DNA of 64,000 nt, taken from an uncultured Saprospirales bacterium (GTDB lineage: Bacteria > Bacteroidota > Bacteroidia > Chitinophagales > JADIYW01). The notes below the pieces were generated by a model. That model did no database searches. It was not told where the DNA came from and was given only the letters and a program-made list of their open reading frames with translations. Shown in pieces: positions 47,052 through 55,420 of the stretch. The position numbers and the translations under genes are program-made. The stretch lies in contig CALLKF010000155.1 of assembly GCA_938008535.1 (NCBI GenBank), positions 10,885-74,884 on the forward strand, read 5' to 3'. Numbering within the stretch: the first letter of the stretch is position 1; the number at the start of each line of letters is the position of its first letter.

Positions 47052-48812
47052 ATGAAAATTTTACTTTATTACCTTTCCAGATATAAATGGTTTGTTGCAC
47101 TTACATTCGTTTTAGCTATTGTCAATCAGTGTTTTTCATTACTAGATCCGTATATTTTAGGAAAAATTATTGATGGTTACGCAACAAAACCTAAAGACCA
47201 TACTGCACATTCTTATTTAACAGGCACACTATTTTTGGTTGGTTGCGCTATTGGTGTTGCTATGGTGAGCCGTATTGCCAAGGCTTTTCAAGATTATTTT
47301 ATGAATGTAGTGATTCAACGTTTTGGTGCTGCTATTTATACAGATGGTTTAAAACATTCGCTGCAATTGCCTTTCCAGGAATTTGAAGACCAACGCAGTG
47401 GCGAAACCTTAAACATCTTGCAAAAAGTGCGCTTAGATTCTGAAAAATTTATGCAGAATTTTATCAATGTATTTTTCTTCGCTATTGTTGGAATTGTTTT
47501 CGTGATGATTTATGCTATCACCACCTATCCAATTAAAATTGCTTTTTCTATCATCGGTTTTTATTTTATTGCTTCGTTTATTTTAGGATTTGTCATTAAT
47601 ATCTTATCTAAAAAAATAAAACTGGTGCAGGCAAAAATTACCGGACAAACCAATGTGCTTGCCGGTGCCACTACTGAAAGTTTGCGCAATATTGAATTAA
47701 TTAAAAGTTTAGGTTTAACCGATCAGGAAATTGTGCGACTAAACGATGCCACTCAAAAAATATTGGTTTTAGAACTCACCAAAGTAAAACAAATCAGAAG
47801 TATTGCGTTTGCACAAGGCACGCTGGTGAATTTCCTTAGACAATCGATTTTGTTTTCATTGTTGTATTTAATTTTTCAGGATTATATACAAGTTGGACAA
47901 TTGATGACCTTGCAGTTTTATTCGTTTTTTGTGTTTAATCCATTGCAGGAAATGGGAAATGTGATTATGAGTTATCGTGAAGCACAAGCGTCTTTAACTA
48001 ATTTTGAAAAGCTGATGCACACGCCAATTGAGCAGAAGCCAACCGTTGCTATTCATTTAGATACCATACAAAATTTGTCGTTTCAACAGGTAGATTTTCA
48101 GCACCGCACTGCCAAAACAAAAGCGGTAGAAAATATTTCGTTTGATATCAAAAAAGGCGATACCATTGCGTTTGTTGGTCCGTCTGGCTCTGGCAAAACC
48201 ACGTTGGTGAAATTGCTGGTTGGTTTATACAAACCATTAGATGGAAAAATTTTGTACAACCACATCGATTCTGAAAATATTGATATTGATGAACTGCGCC
48301 GACAAATTGGTTTTGTGACGCAGGACACGCAGTTGTTTGCCGGCACGATTCGCGAGAATTTATTGTTCGTAAATCCGGAAGCGACGGATGAGCAAATTAT
48401 AGACGTAATGAACAAAGCAGCTTGCCAGAATTTATTATCTCGCAGCGAGAACGGTATTTATTCTGTGATTGGCGAAGGTGGTATGAAAATTTCCGGCGGT
48501 GAGAAACAACGCTTATCGATTGCACGCGCGTTATTGAGAAACCCAACTTTAATAGTTTTTGACGAAGCGACTTCTGCTTTAGATTCCATTACGGAAAACG
48601 AAATTACGGAAACCATTAAACAAGTAATTTCTAAAAAAGAACATATTACGGTGATGATCGCGCATCGCTTATCTACTATTATGCATGCCGACAAAATTTT
48701 TGTGTTGGAAAAAGGAAAAATTATCGAAACCGGCAGCCACCAGCAGTTATTAGAAGAAAAAGGTTTGTATTACGCGATGTGGCGACAACAAATTGGTGAA
48801 CGAAAAGAGTAA
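47052..48812 (+). CDS. ABC transporter, fused permease/ATPase (MsbA-like exporter)
   Basis: Six-TM N-terminal domain; Walker A GPSGSGKTT; signature ISGGEKQRLSIARAL; Walker B LIVFDEATSALD. Start placed at MKILLYYL. Confidence 0.9.
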   Translation: MKILLYYLSRYKWFVALTFVLAIVNQCFSLLDPYILGKIIDGYATKPKDHTAHSYLTGTLFLVGCAIGVAMVSRIAKAFQDYFMNVVIQRFGAAIYTDGLKHSLQLPFQEFEDQRSGETLNILQKVRLDSEKFMQNFINVFFFAIVGIVFVMIYAITTYPIKIAFSIIGFYFIASFILGFVINILSKKIKLVQAKITGQTNVLAGATTESLRNIELIKSLGLTDQEIVRLNDATQKILVLELTKVKQIRSIAFAQGTLVNFLRQSILFSLLYLIFQDYIQVGQLMTLQFYSFFVFNPLQEMGNVIMSYREAQASLTNFEKLMHTPIEQKPTVAIHLDTIQNLSFQQVDFQHRTAKTKAVENISFDIKKGDTIAFVGPSGSGKTTLVKLLVGLYKPLDGKILYNHIDSENIDIDELRRQIGFVTQDTQLFAGTIRENLLFVNPEATDEQIIDVMNKAACQNLLSRSENGIYSVIGEGGMKISGGEKQRLSIARALLRNPTLIVFDEATSALDSITENEITETIKQVISKKEHITVMIAHRLSTIMHADKIFVLEKGKIIETGSHQQLLEEKGLYYAMWRQQIGERKE

Positions 48813-48827
48813 TTATTTAGACACACC

Positions 48828-49047
48828 GTGTGATCCTGAGCTTGTCGAAGGACTGCCTACCGAAAGGGCTTCGATAAACTCAGCCTGACAGGGCAGTGCG
48901 ATTCATATAAATAGTAACAAACAAACCTATGTCATCCTGAGCTTGTCGAAGGACTACCGACCGAATACTTCGATGCTTCGATAAACTCAGCATGACAGCG
49001 ACGCAGTTTAGCACTACCTATGTCATCCTGAGCTTGTCGAAGGACTA
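48828..49047. repeat. Cluster of REP/BIME-like palindromic units (GTCATCCTGAGCTTGTCGAAGGAC family)
   Basis: The 31-mer CCTATGTCATCCTGAGCTTGTCGAAGGACTA is perfectly repeated at 48926-48956 and 49017-49047. A diverged copy lies at 48830-48853. Inverted partners GCTTCGATAAACTCAGC(C/A)TGAC lie at 48868-48889 and 48975-48996. Confidence 0.75.
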
Positions 49048-49743
49048 TTCTTCCACCTCACTCGCGCCATCCTCGTGCTTGCCGCTTGGTGTGTTGTAAA
49101 TAATATAATCATTATAGCGCGCTTCGCTTTTCGTGCGCCACACACTTTTCGCCGAGCGGCAATATTTTTTCAGCAGTTCAAACAGCGCGTTGCCCATCAG
49201 CACGCGGTCTTCCTGCGCAATGCTGCGGTCGCCGATCTTGTCGTTGTGTTCAATCAGCAGCAGCTTAAATTCTTCGCAAAGCGTGGTCAGTGCGTTCAGT
49301 TCGGCAATAGTAAGTCCTTGCGCGGACAAGTCCGTAAGGTACAACGTAGCGCGGCTCACCACGCGCAGTGCGCCTATATGCAGGTTCGCATCGTCGCGGT
49401 CTCTTAATTTGGCAGTGCCGAAACTTTTGTAGCGTGCCGAGCCGAAGCCAAACTTATTCTGCACGCGTAACATCACAGATGCCACTGCCTCGCGAATGAT
49501 TTCTGCCTTGGCGTTCTTGCGCTCGGTCACATCCATTTGCTCGCCTTCCAGTTCAATATCCGTTGGAAATGCTTCAAAATCATCCGTTTGTGTCTCTAAT
49601 GCATCCAGCTCCACCGATGTGATACCAAACACGGCGAGCTCCGCTAGGTCGCGGCGCATAAAAGCAATTTTAGCTTTTGACGTGGTGATCAGCGTGGCAT
49701 CGTCAATAAAATAGACTCTTTTAACTTCTTTTTTCGGTCTCAT
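49045..49743 (-). CDS. Hypothetical protein; compositionally foreign (GC-rich) orphan gene
   Basis: 232 aa counted from MRPKKEVKRVYF. Hand counts on lines 49081-49260 give 45-58% G+C, against about 32% in a sampled neighbouring gene. Stop-poor alternative frames produce three shadow ORFs in the track. Confidence 0.65.
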   Translation of the reverse strand: MRPKKEVKRVYFIDDATLITTSKAKIAFMRRDLAELAVFGITSVELDALETQTDDFEAFPTDIELEGEQMDVTERKNAKAEIIREAVASVMLRVQNKFGFGSARYKSFGTAKLRDRDDANLHIGALRVVSRATLYLTDLSAQGLTIAELNALTTLCEEFKLLLIEHNDKIGDRSIAQEDRVLMGNALFELLKKYCRSAKSVWRTKSEARYNDYIIYNTPSGKHEDGASEVEE

Positions 49744-49842
49744 AATTCGTATGTCTTTAATACATAGATATAATAATAGCAATTAAGAATCATATTTTCA
49801 AATAATGGAAACACTTTTTTTCAATCAGGTTGTTTTTTTTAT

Positions 49843-50094
49843 AACCAAGAAGAAGATAAACAGATTGAAGTAGAAAATAAATTGAATAAATAATAAAACA
49901 ATTTAAATAAAGAAAATTCTAACTTTAATAAAGAAGATAATAACATAAATAAAGAAAAGTTTAGTTTTAATAAGTAAGATAATAATTCAGATAAAGATTA
50001 TAATAAACAAAATAAAGAAGATAATAAATTGAATAAATTAATAAATAACTTTAATAAAGTAGAGAGTAACTTTCAAAAATTATCTTCTTTTTTC
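49843..50094. repeat. Array of about 11 degenerate 21-bp tandem units (17-bp consensus AATAAAGAAGATAATAA) ending in an inverted half-copy
   Basis: Motif starts at 49843, 49864, 49885, 49906, 49927, 49948, 49969, 49990, 50011, 50032 and 50053, each exactly 21 bp after the last. The inverted copy ATTATCTTCTT is at 50079-50089. Confidence 0.8.
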
Positions 50095-50290
50095 TGTCAT
50101 TTAGTCATTTCTCCATCAACTTTTCTAAAGTTTAAAAGGTTGGAAAAGTTATCAGAACAAAACCCAACACTTTCTAATTAAAATTCATCAAAATCTCAAA
50201 AGAATTGAATAGCTTTAATATATAGAATAATGATTATTTTATAAAAATAAACCGCTGCTAATTGAAACGGATGGGTTGTTCGGTTGAAAG

Positions 50291-50992
50291 ATGAAATATA
50301 TGACAAGAATTAAACACATTTTAATTTGCCTTTTGCCACTGCTATTGATTAATTGTAATAACAATAGGATTAAAAAAATCTATTCTTTTCATTCTTTTCA
50401 TCTTAAATATCACAATAAAATTTATTCTTTAAACCAACAGGATTATTATCTTGATTCTATCGAAAGGCAAAGTTGGTATATTGATTATTCGAATTATTGT
50501 AATGATGTAAAAAATAACCCTATTAAAAATAGAGATAGTATTTTCTTTAACTACATATCCTATGAGGACGTGATAAAATATAATGCATCAAGAACCAATC
50601 AAGATGTAAAAATACTTGAAGATTATATTGCTGCAAATGGCTTAAGTAATGAAAAAGATTTTGTAGACATTATAAAAGAAACGCAATTTAATTTTATTTC
50701 TAGAATAGACGAGTGCTACGATATTGTTTACATTGATAATTTATCCAAATTGAATCAGTATAATTTATTTATAGACACGACTTACTATAGAAATAAAAGA
50801 CAAAATCAACATCTAAATTATATCCGAAATAATTTTAATGAAAATCATAGTTTTTTTATTATTTCAGATAAGGATATAAAATCATATTTATACATTTTTG
50901 ATTTTGAAAAAATAAAAACAAATAACAATTTTAAAATAAAAAAGTCTTTTGTAAATATTGAAGTATATAATTTTGATTACATAAGATTATAA
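50291..50992 (+). CDS. Hypothetical lipoprotein; extremely AT-rich orphan
   Basis: Lipobox-like LLLINC after a hydrophobic N-terminus. Asn/Ile/Tyr/Lys-rich. A sampled line (50401-50460) is 20% G+C. Confidence 0.5.
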   Translation: MKYMTRIKHILICLLPLLLINCNNNRIKKIYSFHSFHLKYHNKIYSLNQQDYYLDSIERQSWYIDYSNYCNDVKNNPIKNRDSIFFNYISYEDVIKYNASRTNQDVKILEDYIAANGLSNEKDFVDIIKETQFNFISRIDECYDIVYIDNLSKLNQYNLFIDTTYYRNKRQNQHLNYIRNNFNENHSFFIISDKDIKSYLYIFDFEKIKTNNNFKIKKSFVNIEVYNFDYIRL

Positions 50993-51006
50993 TTACTTAC
51001 GCCATT

Positions 51007-51022
51007 GTTCGTGAGACACGAA
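51007..51022. repeat. Solo copy of the palindromic GTTCGTGAGACACGAA element
   Basis: Identical 16-mer to 2379-2394. It sits between the orphan lipoprotein stop and the terminator. Confidence 0.45.
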
Positions 51023-51037
51023 TCATAGCGTGCACAT

Positions 51038-51070
51038 AAAAAAAAGCGTTCATTTCTGAACGCTTTTTTA
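51038..51070. terminator. Bidirectional terminator hairpin between convergent genes
   Basis: A-tract, AGCGTTCA (51045-51052), loop TTTC, TGAACGCT (51057-51064), T-tract. Confidence 0.65.
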
Positions 51071-51089
51071 TTTATACTGTAATTATTTT

Positions 51090-51842
51090 TTATAAACCAT
51101 TGATGGAAATACCAAATACTACTGGATTGAATTGTGGTCCTTTGTTTTTTACAAAGATGTTGCCTAATGAATAGTAGCCAAATAAACTCACTGGTCCGTA
51201 GCCACCGCGCAGTGTTACACCGTATCGGAATTTACTGAGGTTGCCTACTTTAAAATCGCGCATTTTGATATTTTCGCCGTCGTTGGCTTCCCAATCTTCG
51301 CCTTTATATTTCCATTTGCTGCCAATTAAGAAACCAATTTTAAAACCAACCGCTAATTTCCAGCTCATGCCAGTTTTTGAACTTTGTTTGGATATATAAC
51401 GCACTTCAATAGGAATATCTAAATACGTTAAACCTAAACTTGATGTTTTAGACGCAATAGAATCACCGAACGGAACAAAGCGCGTGATGGAATCTTTATG
51501 CCAATCTAAACGGTATTTTTTAAAATAGTAGTTTTCGTTTGCAAAGCCAATACCTGGTGCAATAGAAAAGTTTTTCTTTTTGCCTAATCCAAAACCATAC
51601 ATAAAATAGATGTTGATACCACGATTGAAACCTTGCAGTTTAAAATCTTTCGGTACAAATGCATTGTCTTTTTTAATAATCGCATTCATCATACACAAAT
51701 CAATCACCAAACGGTCTTTTGATTTTCCGATACGGTCTTTTACTTTTTTAGAAATATTGGGTTTGGTGAAAGTGGTATCTTGCGCCTGAATAGCTGCAAC
51801 AGAAATAAATAGTATAACTATACTTAAAAGAAATTTACGCAT
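51090..51842 (-). CDS. Outer-membrane beta-barrel protein (PorT/OMP_b-brl-like)
   Basis: Signal peptide ending AIQAQ, alternating beta-strand pattern, aromatic C-terminus (FGISINGL); 250 aa. Confidence 0.7.
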   Translation of the reverse strand: MRKFLLSIVILFISVAAIQAQDTTFTKPNISKKVKDRIGKSKDRLVIDLCMMNAIIKKDNAFVPKDFKLQGFNRGINIYFMYGFGLGKKKNFSIAPGIGFANENYYFKKYRLDWHKDSITRFVPFGDSIASKTSSLGLTYLDIPIEVRYISKQSSKTGMSWKLAVGFKIGFLIGSKWKYKGEDWEANDGENIKMRDFKVGNLSKFRYGVTLRGGYGPVSLFGYYSLGNIFVKNKGPQFNPVVFGISINGL

Positions 51843-51962
51843 ATCGTTTGATTATCATCTAAAAATGAAATGCAAAAATACGATTTTTATTGTTTATAAA
51901 TGTGAATTAACCTTTATTAATACTATAATGTGATTGATTTAGAAGGTTGTTTCGATATTTTA

Positions 51963-53672
51963 TTAGAACAAAATAGGCAAATCGTAGTAACGGTTGAAGA
52001 TATTAGTGGCAAAACTAAACATCACAGCATTTGATTTAAATGTGCCAACACCTGAAATATTGGTATTATAACTTCTAAACTGCATTTTGGCTTCTAACAC
52101 CATATTCAATTTGGGATTAACGATGAAACCGAGTTTAATTTCGTTATCTAACACATTATAACCAAGTCCGTTTTTGATTTTCACATCAGAAGTGGTCGTT
52201 GCTAAAGACGCAATATCAAATACATTGTTTCCATAATTGGTAGTTGCACTGGAATCTGCACCAGCCATGGTGTACGACATTTTGTACGATGCATACCAAC
52301 GTTTGTATTGATAATTCAGCATCACCAATACTTCGTGGAAATTGGCGCCCATTGGATGCCCGATAGATTGGTTGTAGTGATAATAACCAGTCGCGCTGTC
52401 TTCACCTTGATACGAATAAGGACGAACTGCATTGTATTCTGCCTGGAAATTCAAGTTTTTAACACCACCAACATCAAAATATTTTACACCAGCTTGCCAA
52501 CCCATTCTTCGGTCAGCCGTGCCTTTTTTGCCATATTTATTGAACATAAATTGTCCGTAAATCACTACATATTTCGGACAAGTAATTTTTGCGTTGATGC
52601 CATACACTTGTGTAGTGTTTGGTCTTATTTTTTTCTGAAAAGCACGCACACCAATAATTGGATTGATGAAATTATAATCGAAAAAGTTGTTGCCTTTTTC
52701 GGTAGTTCTGCGCCAGGTGATGCCTTCAAAAATACCTAATTGTAAAAATTTTGCAGCATCAATACTTAAATAATTAAACGTTGCCAGCTTGCGCGAAAAA
52801 CCTTGACCAAAATCGTTGAAGTTGCCAATATTGTTAATCATTTCAGCATAAATAGTTGTGTACTTGATGCGCCAAGCGTTTAATGTTAGCTGCAAATATG
52901 GATAGGTGTATGCATTATCAGATAATAATAAAGAGCGATAACCATCGCCAATAAAATGCTTGCCGTTTCCAACCTGCAAATTAAATTGTTTCACTGGTGA
53001 ATAGGAAACATAAGCGTTGATGCTTGAGAAATCGAGACCAGCTTTGGTGCCACGCACGTTTGCTTCGCCAGGCACGGCGCCGCCATTTTGTATTTTGTAA
53101 ATATTTACATACAACGGAAACTTGGCAACGGTATTGAAAAACGATGTATAGATAGAAACTTTTTTACCAAAATTGGCTTTCAGTTCCAATCCTTTCATAT
53201 TGTAGGAAATGAATTTTTTAGAACCAAAATCATATCCAAAACCAACATTAAATACCGGATTGATGGCTACATAAAACTTGCGGTCTTTGTATGCTTCATC
53301 ATAAATTAAATCATTATAGTATACAGAATCGCGCGCTAGTTTTTTTCCGTAATGTTTGGTGTATCCATGTTCATCGAATGCCAACAAATCTTCGAAACCT
53401 ATAACGTTTACGGCTTTACTGAGCCAACCAGTATGTGGCTCTCGCTCGAAATGTTGCACGGTATCTGGATAAACGAATCGATAAACATCTGCTGCGTTAT
53501 AAGGTTTCATAGCACTATGGAACGATGCCTTATCGTATGCATTTAAATTTTTCTCGTAGCTAAGTATCATATTTCTATTGAGATATAAATTTTCTTGCTG
53601 CGCAGAAGCAGTCAACGAAATCATCACAAAAGACAGGACAACAAATAAGTTTTTAAAATGCATTTTCTTCAC
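51963..53672 (-). CDS. Large outer-membrane protein; capsule-assembly Wzi-like or RemB-like (uncertain)
   Basis: Signal peptide ending TASAQQ, beta-rich with a C-terminal aromatic (YYDLPILF). Its start overlaps the phosphoglycosyltransferase stop by 20 nt. Confidence 0.5.
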   Translation of the reverse strand: MKKMHFKNLFVVLSFVMISLTASAQQENLYLNRNMILSYEKNLNAYDKASFHSAMKPYNAADVYRFVYPDTVQHFEREPHTGWLSKAVNVIGFEDLLAFDEHGYTKHYGKKLARDSVYYNDLIYDEAYKDRKFYVAINPVFNVGFGYDFGSKKFISYNMKGLELKANFGKKVSIYTSFFNTVAKFPLYVNIYKIQNGGAVPGEANVRGTKAGLDFSSINAYVSYSPVKQFNLQVGNGKHFIGDGYRSLLLSDNAYTYPYLQLTLNAWRIKYTTIYAEMINNIGNFNDFGQGFSRKLATFNYLSIDAAKFLQLGIFEGITWRRTTEKGNNFFDYNFINPIIGVRAFQKKIRPNTTQVYGINAKITCPKYVVIYGQFMFNKYGKKGTADRRMGWQAGVKYFDVGGVKNLNFQAEYNAVRPYSYQGEDSATGYYHYNQSIGHPMGANFHEVLVMLNYQYKRWYASYKMSYTMAGADSSATTNYGNNVFDIASLATTTSDVKIKNGLGYNVLDNEIKLGFIVNPKLNMVLEAKMQFRSYNTNISGVGTFKSNAVMFSFATNIFNRYYDLPILF

Positions 53673-55071
53673 CTCGTAGCATATTGATAATAGTCATAAT
53701 AATAATTTTCAAATCGAGCGCAAAACTCCAGTTTTCTATGTACCATACATCAGCACGCACGCGTCCTTCCATATCGGTTACTTCTCTTGTTTCGCCACGA
53801 TAACCATTTACTTGAGCCCAGCCAGTGATGCCTGGTTTCACGAAATGGCGAACCATAAATTTATCAATAATTTTTGAATATTCTTGAGTATGTTTCAACA
53901 TGTGTGGTCTTGGACCAATTACCGACATTTGTCCGAAGAAGACATTAATGAATTGTGGCAGCTCATCTAAATTGGTTTTGCGCAAAAATTTTCCGATTGG
54001 TGTAATGCGCTGATCGGAGCGCGTTGCTTGCTTGTAATGTGCATCGCTATTGATGTACATAGTTCGGAATTTAATTACACGGAATGCCAAATTTTTGATA
54101 CCTGAGCGTTCTTGTATAAAAAAAACGGGTCCTTTTGAGCTTATTTTGATGATCATTGCCATCAATGGCACAAACCACGACAAAATAAATACGATTACAA
54201 AAATAGAAAAACCAATGTCAAACAAGCGTTTAATAATTCGGTTTACTATGTTTTCTAATGGTTCGTTCCGTAAGGTCATTACTGGAATTTGGCCGTAATA
54301 TTCAATTTCTACTTTATTTAAATGATGCGTTAAAAAACGCGACAAGTCGGGAACAATTTTTACACGAATTAAATTTTCATCGCCAAATTCAATTAAACTT
54401 CTGGTTTTTTCTTCTTCTTGATAAGGCAATGCACAAAAGAACTCATCTATTTTATTGTCTAATGCAAATTTTTTGGCATCATCTATATTTCCTAAAATAT
54501 GTTTTCGAGTTTCAGCATTGTATTTTTGCGGTTCATCATCAAAAAAACCTAAAAACTGGTATCCATATTCAATTTTATGTTCCAGCATTTTTTTAAATTC
54601 CTGTGCCGTGTCGCCAGCACCAATAATCATAACTTTTCTGTTGTTAAAACCGCGAGCTCTATAAATACGTACTGTTTTAATAAATCCAAATCGCCAAATC
54701 ATCGTGAAAACAAACGAAGCGATATACATCACCATCAATACTTCTCTAGAAAGTTTAAAGGTTTGGTTAAAATCTTTGAACACAACGATATATGAAAACG
54801 CAAGCACAATTTGTAAAAAAAACAACCGTAATAAGGCACCCAATAGCGTAAAAAATCGAGTGTTTCTATACATGTCAAACGTACCAGAAAGTTGTGCCGA
54901 AAAAAGGTAAATGATGTTTAAATAAATCCAAAGCTGTAAATATTTGGTATCAAAAATTTGTAAATAATTACGAAAACTAAAATAATGACCTAAAATATAA
55001 GCAACATTAAGTATGAGCAAATCACCTAATGCGTGTATGGAAACATAAAAATTGGTAATTTTCTTTCTCAT
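53653..55071 (-). CDS. Polyprenyl glycosylphosphotransferase (WbaP/WcaJ-type initiating sugar transferase)
   Basis: N-terminal TM bundle, central Rossmann-like VMIIGAGDTA, C-terminal LDELPQFINVFFGQMSVIGPRP bacterial sugar-transferase motif. Confidence 0.88.
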   Translation of the reverse strand: MRKKITNFYVSIHALGDLLILNVAYILGHYFSFRNYLQIFDTKYLQLWIYLNIIYLFSAQLSGTFDMYRNTRFFTLLGALLRLFFLQIVLAFSYIVVFKDFNQTFKLSREVLMVMYIASFVFTMIWRFGFIKTVRIYRARGFNNRKVMIIGAGDTAQEFKKMLEHKIEYGYQFLGFFDDEPQKYNAETRKHILGNIDDAKKFALDNKIDEFFCALPYQEEEKTRSLIEFGDENLIRVKIVPDLSRFLTHHLNKVEIEYYGQIPVMTLRNEPLENIVNRIIKRLFDIGFSIFVIVFILSWFVPLMAMIIKISSKGPVFFIQERSGIKNLAFRVIKFRTMYINSDAHYKQATRSDQRITPIGKFLRKTNLDELPQFINVFFGQMSVIGPRPHMLKHTQEYSKIIDKFMVRHFVKPGITGWAQVNGYRGETREVTDMEGRVRADVWYIENWSFALDLKIIIMTIINMLRGEENAF

Positions 55072-55390
55072 TGTTTTTTTATATTACTATTCACATGCCA
55101 TAAACATACACACTCTTTACTCAAGAAGTAGAGTTTTAAAGATGTTAAGTTGCAGTGTAATAAAAAATACCGATTTTCAGTTAAGCTCTCTTACTTTATA
55201 AAATTCAGTTTGCTAATTTACTTTAGAAATAGCAAAAAAGGAAACACTATTTTAGTTAATTGGTAAAAGATATTATTTAACTATTTTATTAATGAATTGA
55301 AAATCAGCAAAATATAAACTCTGTGTGTTTTTTTGAAAATTTTTTTTCTAACTTTTATGGAATTTGATGTGTTTCTGTATCTTAATAGTA

Positions 55391-55398
55391 TAAATTTG
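55391..55398 (+). promoter_or_regulatory. Candidate -7 box (TAnnTTTG) for recA
   Basis: TAAATTTG lies 22 nt upstream of ATG 55421. Confidence 0.35.
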
Positions 55399-55420
55399 TT
55401 CACAGTAATCAAAAAATTTT

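Noticed and set aside
49075-49714. Three plus-strand ORFs (110, 99 and 72 aa) overlapping the GC-rich orphan gene.
   Set aside because: They are stop-codon-poor frames expected from about 50% G+C DNA. Their products are Ser/Arg/Ala-rich low-complexity strings. The minus-strand frame is the longest and gives a balanced protein composition.
49843-50094. The 21-bp array as a CRISPR array or as a coding repeat.
   Set aside because: The units are contiguous, with no unique spacers, and are far shorter and more degenerate than CRISPR repeats. No cas genes are present. All frames are interrupted by TAA, so no repeat protein can be encoded.
48813-51089. Calling the whole compositional mosaic a mobile element or genomic island.
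   Set aside because: I recognised no integrase, transposase, recombinase, tRNA target or flanking direct repeats. The region is only about 2.3 kb and contains two genes that deviate in opposite G+C directions. I report the components separately and do not annotate a mobile_element.
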